Part shown: positions 9,999-18,515 of the stretch, one piece after another | Layout: every line of letters starts with the position of its first letter | Numbering within the stretch: the stretch's first letter is position 1 | Source of the DNA: Haloquadratum walsbyi C23 | GTDB taxonomy: Archaea; Halobacteriota; Halobacteria; Halobacteriales; Haloferacaceae | Assembly: GCF_000237865.1 (NCBI RefSeq) | Contig: NC_017459.1 | Coordinates: 2,130,001-2,162,000, forward strand | Reading direction: 5' to 3' | Length of the DNA: 32,000 nucleotides | Position numbers and translations under genes: made by a program | The notes under the pieces: model-generated | Seen by the model: the letters and a program-made list of their open reading frames with translations, nothing else | What the model was told of the DNA's origin: nothing | Databases searched by the model: none

Positions 9999-11065
9999 TG
10001 AGCACTGTGAATTTGATCACGCTCATTTCACTGCCTGGGTGGAGTTCATTTCTGCTCACTGTATTGACCATTGCAGGTATTTATTCATTGTTAACAGTTG
10101 GACTGAATATTCATTATGGATATACCGGATTGATTAATTTTGGACATGTTGCATTCTTCGCAGCAGGTGCATATGCCGCAGCGTTATTGACAATCCCCCC
10201 GCCGGCGCAAACTATTGGTGCAGAGTACATATTTGGGTTGAACCTCCCGATGCCAATCGGCTTTCTCATCAGTCTTATCGGTGCTACAATCACTGGCGGT
10301 CTCCTCTCAGCATGTATCGGCATGACAAGTGCTCGTCTTGGAAGTCATTATCTTGCAATTGCGACATTTGCTCTTGCCGGAATATTCGGCAGCGTTCTTG
10401 AGAATGAAGCATGGCTGACAAACGGCTCATTTGGACTGAATAATGTCCCAAGACCCGGACGTGCAGCGATGGGTGCTATCGAATGGGAGGTATTGTATTT
10501 CATTTTTGTTATTATTGTATTAGTGAGCGTCATGATTGTGCTCACCCGATTGACTCATTCACCATTTGGTCGTTTATTGAAAGGCGTTCGCGAAAATGAA
10601 GATGCTGCGAAGATGCTTGGAAAAGATATTACACGGGTGAAACTCACTTCATTTGCGATTGGTGGCGCAGTTGCAGGTCTCGCTGGTGGGCTTTATGCAC
10701 ACTATATTGGAAGTGTCGTTGTTCAGCAGTTCGTGCCATCAGTGACATTTACAATCTGGGCGGCGTTGCTCCTTGGTGGAGTTGCCTCAAATAGTGGTGC
10801 TATCTTTGGTGCATTCTTACTTATTGGATTTCAAGAATCGACGCGCTTTCTGAGCAATATATATGATGGACTACTTGCAGTGTTACCTGAGATTATAGCC
10901 AATACATTGCGTATCTTAATTCAACCACTGCCAGATCACCCATCATTTGTCCCAAGTCTACGGTTCGTCGTCATTGGCGTATTGATCGTATGTGTGATTC
11001 GATATCAACCTGAGGGCGTCTTTGGTGATTCGCGAGAGATTGAGGCGATTGGTGAGGAAGAATAA
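9998..11065 (+). CDS. livM: Branched-chain amino acid-type ABC transporter permease (LivM family)
   Basis: 355-aa polytopic membrane protein with GYTGLINFGHVAFFAAGAY and VRENEDAAKMLGKD, both typical of LivM. It is translationally coupled to livH. Confidence 0.9.
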   Translation: MSTVNLITLISLPGWSSFLLTVLTIAGIYSLLTVGLNIHYGYTGLINFGHVAFFAAGAYAAALLTIPPPAQTIGAEYIFGLNLPMPIGFLISLIGATITGGLLSACIGMTSARLGSHYLAIATFALAGIFGSVLENEAWLTNGSFGLNNVPRPGRAAMGAIEWEVLYFIFVIIVLVSVMIVLTRLTHSPFGRLLKGVRENEDAAKMLGKDITRVKLTSFAIGGAVAGLAGGLYAHYIGSVVVQQFVPSVTFTIWAALLLGGVASNSGAIFGAFLLIGFQESTRFLSNIYDGLLAVLPEIIANTLRILIQPLPDHPSFVPSLRFVVIGVLIVCVIRYQPEGVFGDSREIEAIGEEE

Positions 11066-11123
11066 TCCATCAACACACAACGAACAGTGAGTAAGTAAAA
11101 AGGAAAATCAAAAATTAAATAAA

Positions 11124-11906
11124 ATGACGGCATCAGATACCCCGCTGTTATTGATCGAGGATGTTGTGAAGCGATTTGGCGGCTTAACAGCAGTTGACCA
11201 CGTCTCATTTACTGTTAAATCAAACTCAATCACTGGGCTCATTGGACCGAACGGGGCTGGCAAGTCAACATTATTTAATTGTATTACAGGGATCGTTCAG
11301 CCTGACTCAGGCACAATCCAATTAGATGGTGTGAAAATACAAGAGAAGTCTCCAAATCAGATTGCACAACATGGACTGGGACGAACATTCCAGACGCCGA
11401 AGATATTCCGTGGAATGAGCGTTCGAGAAAATCTTGCGTTTGCTGCACCTCTACAGCATGGTGAAAGACCAGTGTCAACCCTGATTCACCCTCAGAAAAT
11501 TAAAGAAGAGGAGACAGCGGTTCAATCGCGAGTTGAAGACACCTTGGAGTTTTTATCATTAGATCATCTTGCCGACGAGTACGCCAGCGGATTATCTGGT
11601 GGTCAGCGAAAATTACTCGAGTTGGGTCGTGTGCTGATGCTTGATCCAGACCTGATTCTGCTTGATGAACCGATGGCAGGAGTCAATCCAGCGCTGACAA
11701 ATGAATTGCTTGACCGACTGCATGAACTTACCAATCGTGGACGGACAATCTTACTCATCGAACACGATATGGATCTTATAATGAATCATTGTGACCGTGT
11801 CGTTGTTTTGCATAACGGGCAAACACTCGCGAGTGGGTCACCGTCACTTGTCCAAGATGATGAACGCGTTATCGAAGCATATCTAGGAGATGTTATTGAT
11901 GAGTGA
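11124..11906 (+). CDS. livG: ABC transporter ATP-binding protein (LivG family)
   Basis: Walker A GPNGAGKST, signature LSGGQRKLLEL, Walker B ILLDEPMAG, H-loop IEHDM. Confidence 0.92.
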   Translation: MTASDTPLLLIEDVVKRFGGLTAVDHVSFTVKSNSITGLIGPNGAGKSTLFNCITGIVQPDSGTIQLDGVKIQEKSPNQIAQHGLGRTFQTPKIFRGMSVRENLAFAAPLQHGERPVSTLIHPQKIKEEETAVQSRVEDTLEFLSLDHLADEYASGLSGGQRKLLELGRVLMLDPDLILLDEPMAGVNPALTNELLDRLHELTNRGRTILLIEHDMDLIMNHCDRVVVLHNGQTLASGSPSLVQDDERVIEAYLGDVIDE

Positions 11907-12639
11907 TTCAAGTCTTGAGACTATTCCGACAATTGATGATGCGCTTTTTTCAGCACGGGATATTGAAACAGGATATGGAGAGTTACAGGTATTGTATGGT
12001 GTTGATATCGATATTCGCCAGAATGAGATCGTATTAGTGTTTGGTCCAAATGGAGCCGGGAAATCAACACTTATCAAAGCTCTGTATCAACGGTTGCCAC
12101 TTTGGGGCGGGGAAGTCGAAATCGATGGCTCAGATCTCTCAGATGTCAACTCAAATCAGATGATTGAACACGGAATCGGATTTGTTCCACAAACAGAAAA
12201 TGTGTTTCCGAATCTCACCGTTGCAGAGAATCTTGATATCGGGGCAATACATGTTACCAACCCTGAATCGCGACGAGCGGCGTTATTGGAATTATTCCCA
12301 CGATTAAAAGAACGTCTCATGCAGACCGCTGAGACACTCTCTGGGGGCGAACGACAGATGCTCGCAATGGCTCGGGCGTTGATGCCGAATCCGGACTTAT
12401 TATTCATCGATGAGCCATCTGCAGGACTGTCACCACAACTTATTGAACGCACATTTGATCATATCGCACAAATCAGAGAAAGTGGGACAGCAGTGCTGAT
12501 GATTGAACAAGATGTAAATGCCGCGTTGTCAGTTGCTGATCGTGGGTATGTTCTTGAGATGGGTGAGAACCGATTTGAGGGCGATGCTATGAGTATCCGA
12601 GAATCCCAGCAAATTCGAGATCTGTATCTTGGACGATGA
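11890..12639 (+). CDS. livF: ABC transporter ATP-binding protein (LivF family)
   Basis: Walker A GPNGAGKST, signature LSGGERQMLAMARAL, Walker B LFIDEPSAGL. It overlaps livG by 17 nt. An alternative in-frame ATG lies at 11899. Confidence 0.92.
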   Translation: MLLMSDSSLETIPTIDDALFSARDIETGYGELQVLYGVDIDIRQNEIVLVFGPNGAGKSTLIKALYQRLPLWGGEVEIDGSDLSDVNSNQMIEHGIGFVPQTENVFPNLTVAENLDIGAIHVTNPESRRAALLELFPRLKERLMQTAETLSGGERQMLAMARALMPNPDLLFIDEPSAGLSPQLIERTFDHIAQIRESGTAVLMIEQDVNAALSVADRGYVLEMGENRFEGDAMSIRESQQIRDLYLGR

Positions 12640-12665
12640 TAATATGAAACTGATCGAAACAAAAT

Positions 12666-12690
12666 AACAGCCAATCTGTGGCTGTTTATT
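12666..12690 (+). terminator. Hairpin plus T-rich tract downstream of the liv operon
   Basis: AACAGCC-aatctgt-GGCTGTT is a perfect 7-bp stem followed by TATT, 27 nt after the livF stop. Confidence 0.4.
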
Positions 12691-12753
12691 GGCGATTTAA
12701 TTGGGACAGCAATTAGCAGAAGCGTTTTGAGTAATCGTTGTTTTCCCTCTGAT

Positions 12754-12891
12754 ATGGTGTCGATGGTTACGCGTGATAGTGATCAATGGTACCAATGTGA
12801 TAAGTGTGAAATGTTATTTGATAATGAAGCAGACGCGAAAACACATGAAGAACACTGTGAGGGTGATGAAGAACCGTCATACCTACAATAG
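12754..12891 (+). CDS. 45-aa C2H2-like zinc-finger micro-protein (below the ORF-track length cutoff)
   Basis: ATG at 12754 to TAG at 12889-12891. Translation: MVSMVTRDSDQWYQCDKCEMLFDNEADAKTHEEHCEGDEEPSYLQ, with a Y-x-C-x2-C-x12-H-x2-H-C arrangement and an acidic tail. Confidence 0.45.
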   Translation: MVSMVTRDSDQWYQCDKCEMLFDNEADAKTHEEHCEGDEEPSYLQ

Positions 12892-13058
12892 TAATTAACT
12901 GATATAATTTTTAAGCTATTTACTGAGGATTAACATATATATTGTGTTCAAAAACTGAGGCTTCTTCAATATTTGATATTTAATATTTGATATTTATCTA
13001 AGGTGTGCTCAGGGCATCGCACCGGCTATCATGTAGTCTAATGCACGTTATCAAATTA

Positions 13059-13517
13059 TTATTCTTTATGAGATTCTGCTGAATCGGTTGTCTGCTGTAC
13101 GAATTCATATGATTGTTCGCTCCAGTCATCCTCAACAAAGACAAATACACGACCACGGGCCGTTTCAGGGTCAGCCTCAATCGTTGTTCGCATTCCATTA
13201 AGACGCGAGACTGTAACCCCAGGGAAGACCGTTTCAGACGATCCCTGCTCAAGAACGACACGACCGACACCACTCGATTCAAGCACGTCATCGTGTGTTT
13301 TGAGATCATTAATATACAGTAATACACCCTCAGTTTCAGTTGGGTCAGTAACAAGAATATGTGTCTGCTTACCCGGGGGCGTAGTGAATGAGTCGGTGAC
13401 CGTCTTTGGGACACCCCGATAGAGTGTCTGACGTCCATCAATATACTCAACAGCAACTCCGTGGTCAAGTAATTCGACACCGACGGTCTCTGGGGCAATA
13501 TCATTTCGTGCGCTCAT
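13059..13517 (-). CDS. Conserved haloarchaeal hypothetical protein
   Basis: ORF 13059..13532. The likely start is the second Met (MSARND) at 13517. The composition is acidic and coding-like, and I recognise no motifs. The overlapping 168-aa alternative-frame ORF is Cys/Leu/Arg-rich and not haloarchaeal in composition. Confidence 0.7.
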   Translation of the reverse strand: MSARNDIAPETVGVELLDHGVAVEYIDGRQTLYRGVPKTVTDSFTTPPGKQTHILVTDPTETEGVLLYINDLKTHDDVLESSGVGRVVLEQGSSETVFPGVTVSRLNGMRTTIEADPETARGRVFVFVEDDWSEQSYEFVQQTTDSAESHKE

Positions 13518-13587
13518 TGGTTTAATATACACATGGGTTGCTCAAAAGAGCCGTGATGAATTTATCTCGGGGTGGTCATCTTATATC

Positions 13588-13665
13588 GCCTGTGAACCCA
13601 CCCCGGGGCAGTCGCCTTGACCGCCTGTACAGATTGTCAAGGCGACTGCCTGGAGGTGAAGTCAA
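13588..13665 (+). mobile_element. Solo right-end fragment of an IS1341-type element
   Basis: cctgtgaacccaccccgggg resembles the tgaaccccacacgg block of copies A and B. It is followed by a perfect 15-bp hairpin (GGCAGTCGCCTTGAC 13607-13621 / GTCAAGGCGACTGCC 13636-13650) and then tGGAGGTGAAGTCAA ending at 13665. This is the same hairpin + GGAGG..GTCAA architecture as the other right ends. Confidence 0.45.
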
Positions 13666-14086
13666 CACCTCTCAATGACTCATAATATTTAGTACGATTG
13701 GTGGGTAAATAGTAATTATGATGGTCAGCGTGTCTGGCTGAGAGTCTCATCACACGGGCGGTCAGATACCATGCACTGTCCAATTCAGAGAGGGATGGGA
13801 CGTTCCAAATCAACGTCATCCGGGAGACGAAGTCTCTCGTGATCACGAAAATCTTCGATTTTCGAACGACCTGTGGAGACCGGAACCGCTCTGAAACGGC
13901 TCTCTCAGTGAGAGTAGGTTTGTCAGTTCTGCCGAAGAAACAGGAAGCCTGGGGCTTTGATATTGATGTTGATGTGACCCCAAGGCAGGTTCACATGTAC
14001 AACATACTCACAAATCTGGAATTCACAATCTGATATACATTATGAGCGTATTGCTCTTCGTTTCCACAGAATGAATATTACCAGTC

Positions 14087-14478
14087 TTGACATCCTCCCG
14101 CGCCTGAATACCTGGCTCTCACGCATAAATCCACAGCGTCCCAGCGTGGCGTTTTAGCCGCTGTTGGACAGGATCTGAGACAAATCCTGACGGACTGATA
14201 GTGATTAGGGCGAATAGTTTCATCGACGGTGTCGGAAGGTGCAGTTTCAGCGACTCCAGTCATTGATACGGATCGCCACGGTGGTAAAGGCTCGAAGTAA
14301 TCACTATGAGACGCCGAGCGGGTCACAAGGGCTGCTCAAACCGGGTCAACTCGTCGTCGGTGTGCCCAGTTGCTCGGGATGAGACTCCCAACTCCCGACG
14401 ATGGGAGCAATTTTTACTGCTTCGCCCCGCTCATCTGGTCGGTAAAAGACGGTCATGATGACGCGGGTATTCTGCTTA
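14087..14478 (-). mobile_element. MITE-D: divergent protein-less IS1341-type derivative
   Basis: Read on the minus strand, it starts taagcagaatacccgcgtc and ends ...caggcgcgggaggatgtcaag. The interior differs from A, B and C except for a gatcctgtccaacag block shared with E and B. The internal 82-aa ORF has no support. Confidence 0.5.
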
Positions 14479-14579
14479 TATTCTATGATCGGAAAATAAC
14501 TATCATATTTCATATATAATCAAGATTAATATCAGAAGTGTACCGCTACTTCTTTGTGTTCGCTTAGAATGATTGTAGT

Positions 14580-15497
14580 ATGCACGGTCGTGCGGTCGCG
14601 CTTGGTGCAGGAACGGTGTTAAACGCCCTTGCGACAGGAATCGGCGCAGCGTTTGCACTTGACGTCGAGACGACGGCAACGGTCGATATCACTCCTGAAG
14701 AGACACTTGATAGCACGCGTGTCAATGGAACGATTGCAGGGGTTGAGAATGGTGATACACGGTTAATTGAGCGATGCGTCGAATTAGCGATTGAAACATA
14801 TGGACCAGGAGACATGCAGTATATTGCTCACATACAGACTGAGAGTGATATTCCGATGGCAGCCGGGCTGAAAAGCTCAAGTGCCGCTGCGAACGCATCA
14901 ATTCTGGCAACAGCAGATGCATTCGACATCACCCCGGAGCCGATTTCGGCTTGTCGGCTTGGCGTCCGTGCAGCACGTGATGTCGGTGTGACGGTTACAG
15001 GCGCTTTCGATGATGCGTCTGCATCAATGTTAGGCGGAGTTACGGTTACGAACAATAACGAGGACAAGCTTCTTGCTCACGACACTGTTGAGTGGGATGT
15101 AGTTGTGTGGACGCCGCCTGAGCGTGCTTACAGTGCCGATGCAGATGCTGAGCGATGCGCGAATATCGCTCCAATGGCTGAATTAGTCGAAGATCTCGCA
15201 CTTACTAATCAGTATACAGAAGCAATGACAGTCAATGGGTTAGCGTTTTCAGCCGCACTTGGATTCGATCCAGCGCCAGCAGTCGAAGTGATGCCGTATG
15301 CGAGCGGTGTTTCTTTGTCTGGTACTGGACCAAGTGTTGTCGCCGTTGCTGACCGCAATAGTGAGAGTAAGGGTGAGTCTGATGAGGTGGATTTAGCAGT
15401 TGTAACGCGCCGCTGGCGGAGCCGTGGCGGGACAGTCTGGAAAACAACAACTCGGGCGACACGAGAGGAATCATCGACACGTCCGGATGAAACATAA
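14580..15497 (+). CDS. aroK: Shikimate kinase, archaeal GHMP-kinase type
   Basis: GHMP motif PMAAGLKSSSAAANA. The N-terminus (GAGTVLNALATGIGAAFALD) is typical of archaeal shikimate kinase. It lies next to chorismate mutase and has a basic/acidic C-terminal extension. Confidence 0.85.
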   Translation: MHGRAVALGAGTVLNALATGIGAAFALDVETTATVDITPEETLDSTRVNGTIAGVENGDTRLIERCVELAIETYGPGDMQYIAHIQTESDIPMAAGLKSSSAAANASILATADAFDITPEPISACRLGVRAARDVGVTVTGAFDDASASMLGGVTVTNNNEDKLLAHDTVEWDVVVWTPPERAYSADADAERCANIAPMAELVEDLALTNQYTEAMTVNGLAFSAALGFDPAPAVEVMPYASGVSLSGTGPSVVAVADRNSESKGESDEVDLAVVTRRWRSRGGTVWKTTTRATREESSTRPDET

Positions 15498-15558
15498 AGC
15501 CCAATAGAATCTAATATGCTCCAGTAAAACCTATGATAATGATGATATCGAAGAGAAT

Positions 15559-15951
15559 GTGGCGAGGAATGACAGTATGACACCGGATACAGATGCTAAT
15601 GCAGACACTGACACTGACACTGACGCTGACACAGCGGTAAACACCGAATCGAAAGTTGACGGAGGTATAGTGACCACAGAATCAGATTCACTTGAATCGC
15701 TTCGCAAGGAAATTAAGTCAATTGATCGCGAGCTTGTTGAGTTGATTGCACGTCGGACATATGTGGCTGATTCAATTGCACAAGTAAAATCCGAGCAGGG
15801 TCTCCCGACGACTGATGAGGGACAGGAAGCTCGTGTCATGGAACGAGCTGGGATAAATGCTGAACAATTTGATGTTGATGCAAATTTGGTTAAAGCTGTG
15901 TTTCGTCTGCTAATTGAACTCAATAAGGTCGAACAGAGACAAAACCGATAA
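15559..15951 (+). CDS. Chorismate mutase (AroQ class) with an acidic D/T repeat N-terminal tail
   Basis: LESLRKEIKSIDRELVELIARRTYVADSIAQVK...VFRLLIELNKVEQ matches the helical AroQ fold pattern. The track start is GTG; the ATG at 15577 is the more likely start. Confidence 0.85.
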   Translation: MARNDSMTPDTDANADTDTDTDADTAVNTESKVDGGIVTTESDSLESLRKEIKSIDRELVELIARRTYVADSIAQVKSEQGLPTTDEGQEARVMERAGINAEQFDVDANLVKAVFRLLIELNKVEQRQNR

Positions 15952-16188
15952 TCTACAAGACTGCGCGGCGATTGAGATGTTCATAAAGTAAATTCAATAT
16001 TGAGGGAACATCGTAATGATAGGTTAATCTGAGAGTTGGCTCAGCGGTGTCGACCTCACACCGTGTGATTCAATCCGCAGATTTCAGTTCTGAGTTACTA
16101 TGAGATACATCAGCTTTGAGCTCGATTAATACCTCATTGATAATCGTTCATTTATTAACCGCCGTTGTATTCGTCGAAAAGAACGCCA

Positions 16189-16259
16189 TGGGACCGCTGA
16201 GAATCGAACTCAGGTCCTACCGACCCCATCGGCAGAGGATACCACTACCCCACGGTCCC
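16189..16259 (-). tRNA. tRNA-Pro (anticodon GGG)
   Basis: 71-nt cloverleaf on the minus strand: acceptor GGGACCG/CGGTCCC, a D loop containing GG, anticodon stem TGCCG/CGGTA with loop AT-GGG-GT (U33, G37), T arm CTGAG-TTCGATT-CTCAG, and discriminator A. No CCA is encoded. Confidence 0.9.
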
Positions 16260-16393
16260 ACGTTAATACATAGGTGAATTGTTGAGTTTAATTCCTTCGT
16301 TCCAGGCGATAATGAACAGCTATCAATGAATCAGGATATATAACTAAATAGCCTCGGGCACGGCGACCCGGCCCGAGGCTTTTATTGGTTCCC

Positions 16394-16609
16394 TCAGCCG
16401 TGCGATAGCACTCCCTGCTCGGCAAGCGAGCGGGGTGAGGGTGGCGGCTTACGCGCCTTGACCCGGATAGATGCACCAACCGCACCTGCGGCTTGGGTTT
16501 TGTAAGTCCGGTAATTCGAGTCGTTACCGTCGAGTTTTGCCTTCTCACGCCGCGCAATGTTCACTGACGCATTCCGGTCAGCGTGGTTTTGTTGGAGGTT
16601 GCAGACGAA
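16394..16609 (-). pseudogene. tnpB: tnpB C-terminal fragment (RuvC-III region only)
   Basis: The translation contains FVCNLQQNHADRNASVNIARR, matching the TnpB zinc-finger/RuvC-III signature HAD-x-NAA-x-NI. Everything upstream is missing. Confidence 0.6.
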
Positions 16610-16851
16610 GACGACCACGCACACCTATTCGTGTGAACAGGCCCGAAGTACAGTCCAGTGGATATTGCTCGGCAGTTCAAGTTGTACACGAGTAAACAGT
16701 TGCTGGAGCGGGATCCCGAGATTCGGGAGGCATATTTCTGGGGTGGCGGATTCTAGACGGTTGGGTAGTACGTGGGAACGACGCGACGGGAGCGATGTCG
16801 GAGGAGGTGATTAAACGGTATATCGAAGAGACGGAATACGCGCCGGAGTGA
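16583..16851 (+). pseudogene. tnpA: IS200-type tnpA (HUH/Y1 transposase) fragment with in-frame stops and frameshifts
   Basis: LLEVADEDDHAHLFV* (HUH motif HAH), then TGPKYSPVDIARQFKLYTSKQLLERDPEIREAYFWGGGF*, then after a frameshift SEEVIKRYIEETEYAPE*. The N-terminal third is absent. Confidence 0.7.
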
Positions 16852-16902
16852 CGCGGTTCACCCCGCCCACGGTGGGGCGGGGAACTCGCCCTCGCAGGTT
16901 GT

Positions 16903-17922
16903 TTAGACAAGCACTCGCTCTAATGAGATGACTTCGCCACTCTCGGCATCAAGTGGACCGCTGACGCGACCAAGGCAGACAGCAGTCTCATCCGGAGTAT
17001 GACAGCTAACAAGGGCACTATCAGTAATGTCATGAGTGTTTCCCGCTGCAGAATCAAATTCAATCACGCCTGGTGCGTACACCGGTGCTCCCATTGCCAC
17101 CTCCGCGGCTGCAGATGGGGCAATTATGACTGTCGGAAGATGCTGAAGTGCACGCTCTGCAGGACTGATAACATTACGAAGGTGGTCCGTCGGCGAGGTT
17201 GAGTTGGGATCTATGTTTGCGGTATTAATCTTGTGAAGTAGCGAATACGCAGCGGTTGAGTCATCTGGAGCGTCATTGATTTGCGTTTGATTAGCTCTGG
17301 CTATCTCCTCAAGCGTGAATACAACAGCATCTGTGAGGTCAGCAGTTGAAATCAGATTTGTGTCAGAGAATGGTGTTGTCCCTGTGCGCCGAAGGTCGCC
17401 CATGTGCGCGCCTGTCCCAGCCGCAAGTCCGAGGTCATGACACAGCTTTCGAATGTAAGTGCCGCTCTCACAGCGAATATGGAGGAGCGCTTGTTGAGCA
17501 TCCGAATCAACCTCGAGGATATCAAGTGTTTCAATTGTTCGTTTTCGAAGACGGCGTGAAACAGCACTCTTCCGTGGCGGCTTCTGATAGATTGTTCCCT
17601 CAAATGTCTCAATAATCATCGAAAGGTCACTTGGGGGAGGTCCATGAAACTCCAACACTGCCAGATATTCTTTGATTCCCTCGAGAAATACTGGAGCAAG
17701 TCGTGTTGCCTCACCAAGGAGAATCGGAAGACAACCAGTTACCTTCGGATCAAGGGTTCCAGCATGCGCAGCGCGCTCAACACCAATGAGATCACGAACC
17801 CACGCTGAGACCTGATGAGCCGATGGTCCAACGGGTTTATCTAGATTCACTACCCCAAAGTTACAAATGTCGGCGAGTGAGCGATTATCTGGTGATTCAC
17901 GAAGTCGTGGTGATTCTGTCAT
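16903..17922 (-). CDS. cbf5: tRNA/rRNA pseudouridine synthase Cbf5 (TruB family, H/ACA RNP catalytic subunit) with PUA domain
   Basis: FGVVNLDKPVGPSAHQV and HAGTLDPKVTGCLPILLGEATR (catalytic Asp), plus a C-terminal PUA-like region. It holds the conserved position after cmk. An insertion of about 45 aa rich in N/T/D/S (ARANQTQINDAPDD...) precedes the PUA part. Confidence 0.9.
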   Translation of the reverse strand: MTESPRLRESPDNRSLADICNFGVVNLDKPVGPSAHQVSAWVRDLIGVERAAHAGTLDPKVTGCLPILLGEATRLAPVFLEGIKEYLAVLEFHGPPPSDLSMIIETFEGTIYQKPPRKSAVSRRLRKRTIETLDILEVDSDAQQALLHIRCESGTYIRKLCHDLGLAAGTGAHMGDLRRTGTTPFSDTNLISTADLTDAVVFTLEEIARANQTQINDAPDDSTAAYSLLHKINTANIDPNSTSPTDHLRNVISPAERALQHLPTVIIAPSAAAEVAMGAPVYAPGVIEFDSAAGNTHDITDSALVSCHTPDETAVCLGRVSGPLDAESGEVISLERVLV

Positions 17923-17936
17923 CTATGATTCACGAT

Positions 17937-18515
17937 TTAGAAATCATATATAATATCCTCGATAGGGAATCGACCTTCATCCGAAGCAGGTTCATACGCT
18001 GCAATCGCGGCTTCAAGAATATCAGGAACTTCGGTCTTTGGCCATCGCGCGGTGTTAACCCTCAGATCATAGATTGAGTGATCGTGGATATCAATATTAT
18101 AATAATTCTGGTATCGAAGTGCTTCACTTTCTTCTCGGGTACGCGTTTCCTCTCGTGCTGTCGAGATTGATTTGTCTTCGCGGTCAGCAATACGACCAGC
18201 GCGAACATTAAGTGGTGCGTCTAACCAGACTCGGATATCCGCGGCATCACCGGCAAGCCATCCGGCAAGTCGCGACTCTAAGAGAATATCATCACGCTCC
18301 AGTGCAATTGTTCGCAATCGCTGATCAAGATCACGGTCGATTTGATCATCCGCTTCAGCTTGTTGATTCAGCTCAACGGCGGTTAGTCCACGCTCAGCGG
18401 CGAGCTCTCGAAAAATATCACCACCACTCACATGTTCAAGTCCGAAGGTAGCCGCAAGTGTATCCGCCGTTGTACTCTTGCCTGCACCAGGCGGACCAGA
18501 GACGGTCAACAACAT
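17937..18515 (-). CDS. cmk: Cytidylate kinase, archaeal type
   Basis: [22 protein letters not shown]-loop and [11 protein letters not shown]. The start is taken at the internal Met (18515) that gives the canonical N-terminus; the track ORF extends to 18581. Confidence 0.9.
   Translation of the reverse strand: MLLTVSGPPGAGKSTTADTLAATFGLEHVSGGDIFRELAAERGLTAVELNQQAEADDQIDRDLDQRLRTIALERDDILLESRLAGWLAGDAADIRVWLDAPLNVRAGRIADREDKSISTAREETRTREESEALRYQNYYNIDIHDHSIYDLRVNTARWPKTEVPDILEAAIAAYEPASDEGRFPIEDIIYDF

Larger units (their letters stand above)
16290..16885 (-). mobile_element. IS605-like relic: divergent tnpA and tnpB, both missing their 5' parts, flanked by subterminal hairpins
   Basis: A tnpB 3' fragment (minus strand) abuts a tnpA fragment (plus strand) near 16590. 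Perfect hairpins: GCCTCGGGC...GCCCGAGGC at 16351-16379 and CCCCGCCC-acggtg-GGGCGGGG at 16861-16882. The outer boundaries are approximate. Confidence 0.6.

Noticed and set aside
12969-12996. Perfect tandem duplication of the 14-mer AATATTTGATATTT in a convergent AT-rich intergenic region. I considered a mini CRISPR or an iteron.
   Set aside because: There are only two abutting copies, with no spacers and no further repeats nearby. It is most likely a slippage duplication in AT-rich terminator DNA.
12998-13504. 168-aa ORF overlapping 13059-13532 on the same strand in another frame.
   Set aside because: The composition is Leu/Arg/Ser/Cys-rich and basic. The overlapping frame gives an acidic, haloarchaeal-type protein.
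13637-13846. 69-aa minus-strand ORF, and the 64-aa plus-strand ORF at 13839-14033.
   Set aside because: Both lie in IS-relic debris, have basic composition and show no motifs. I report them only as part of the unexplained interval.
16480-16582. RYRRVL in a plus-strand frame, which could be the KYRRxVL motif of the TnpA N-terminal region and would extend the tnpA pseudogene leftwards.
   Set aside because: The following residues do not resemble TnpA. The same DNA read on the minus strand gives the much stronger TnpB signature HADRNASVNIARR, so I place the tnpA/tnpB junction near 16590.
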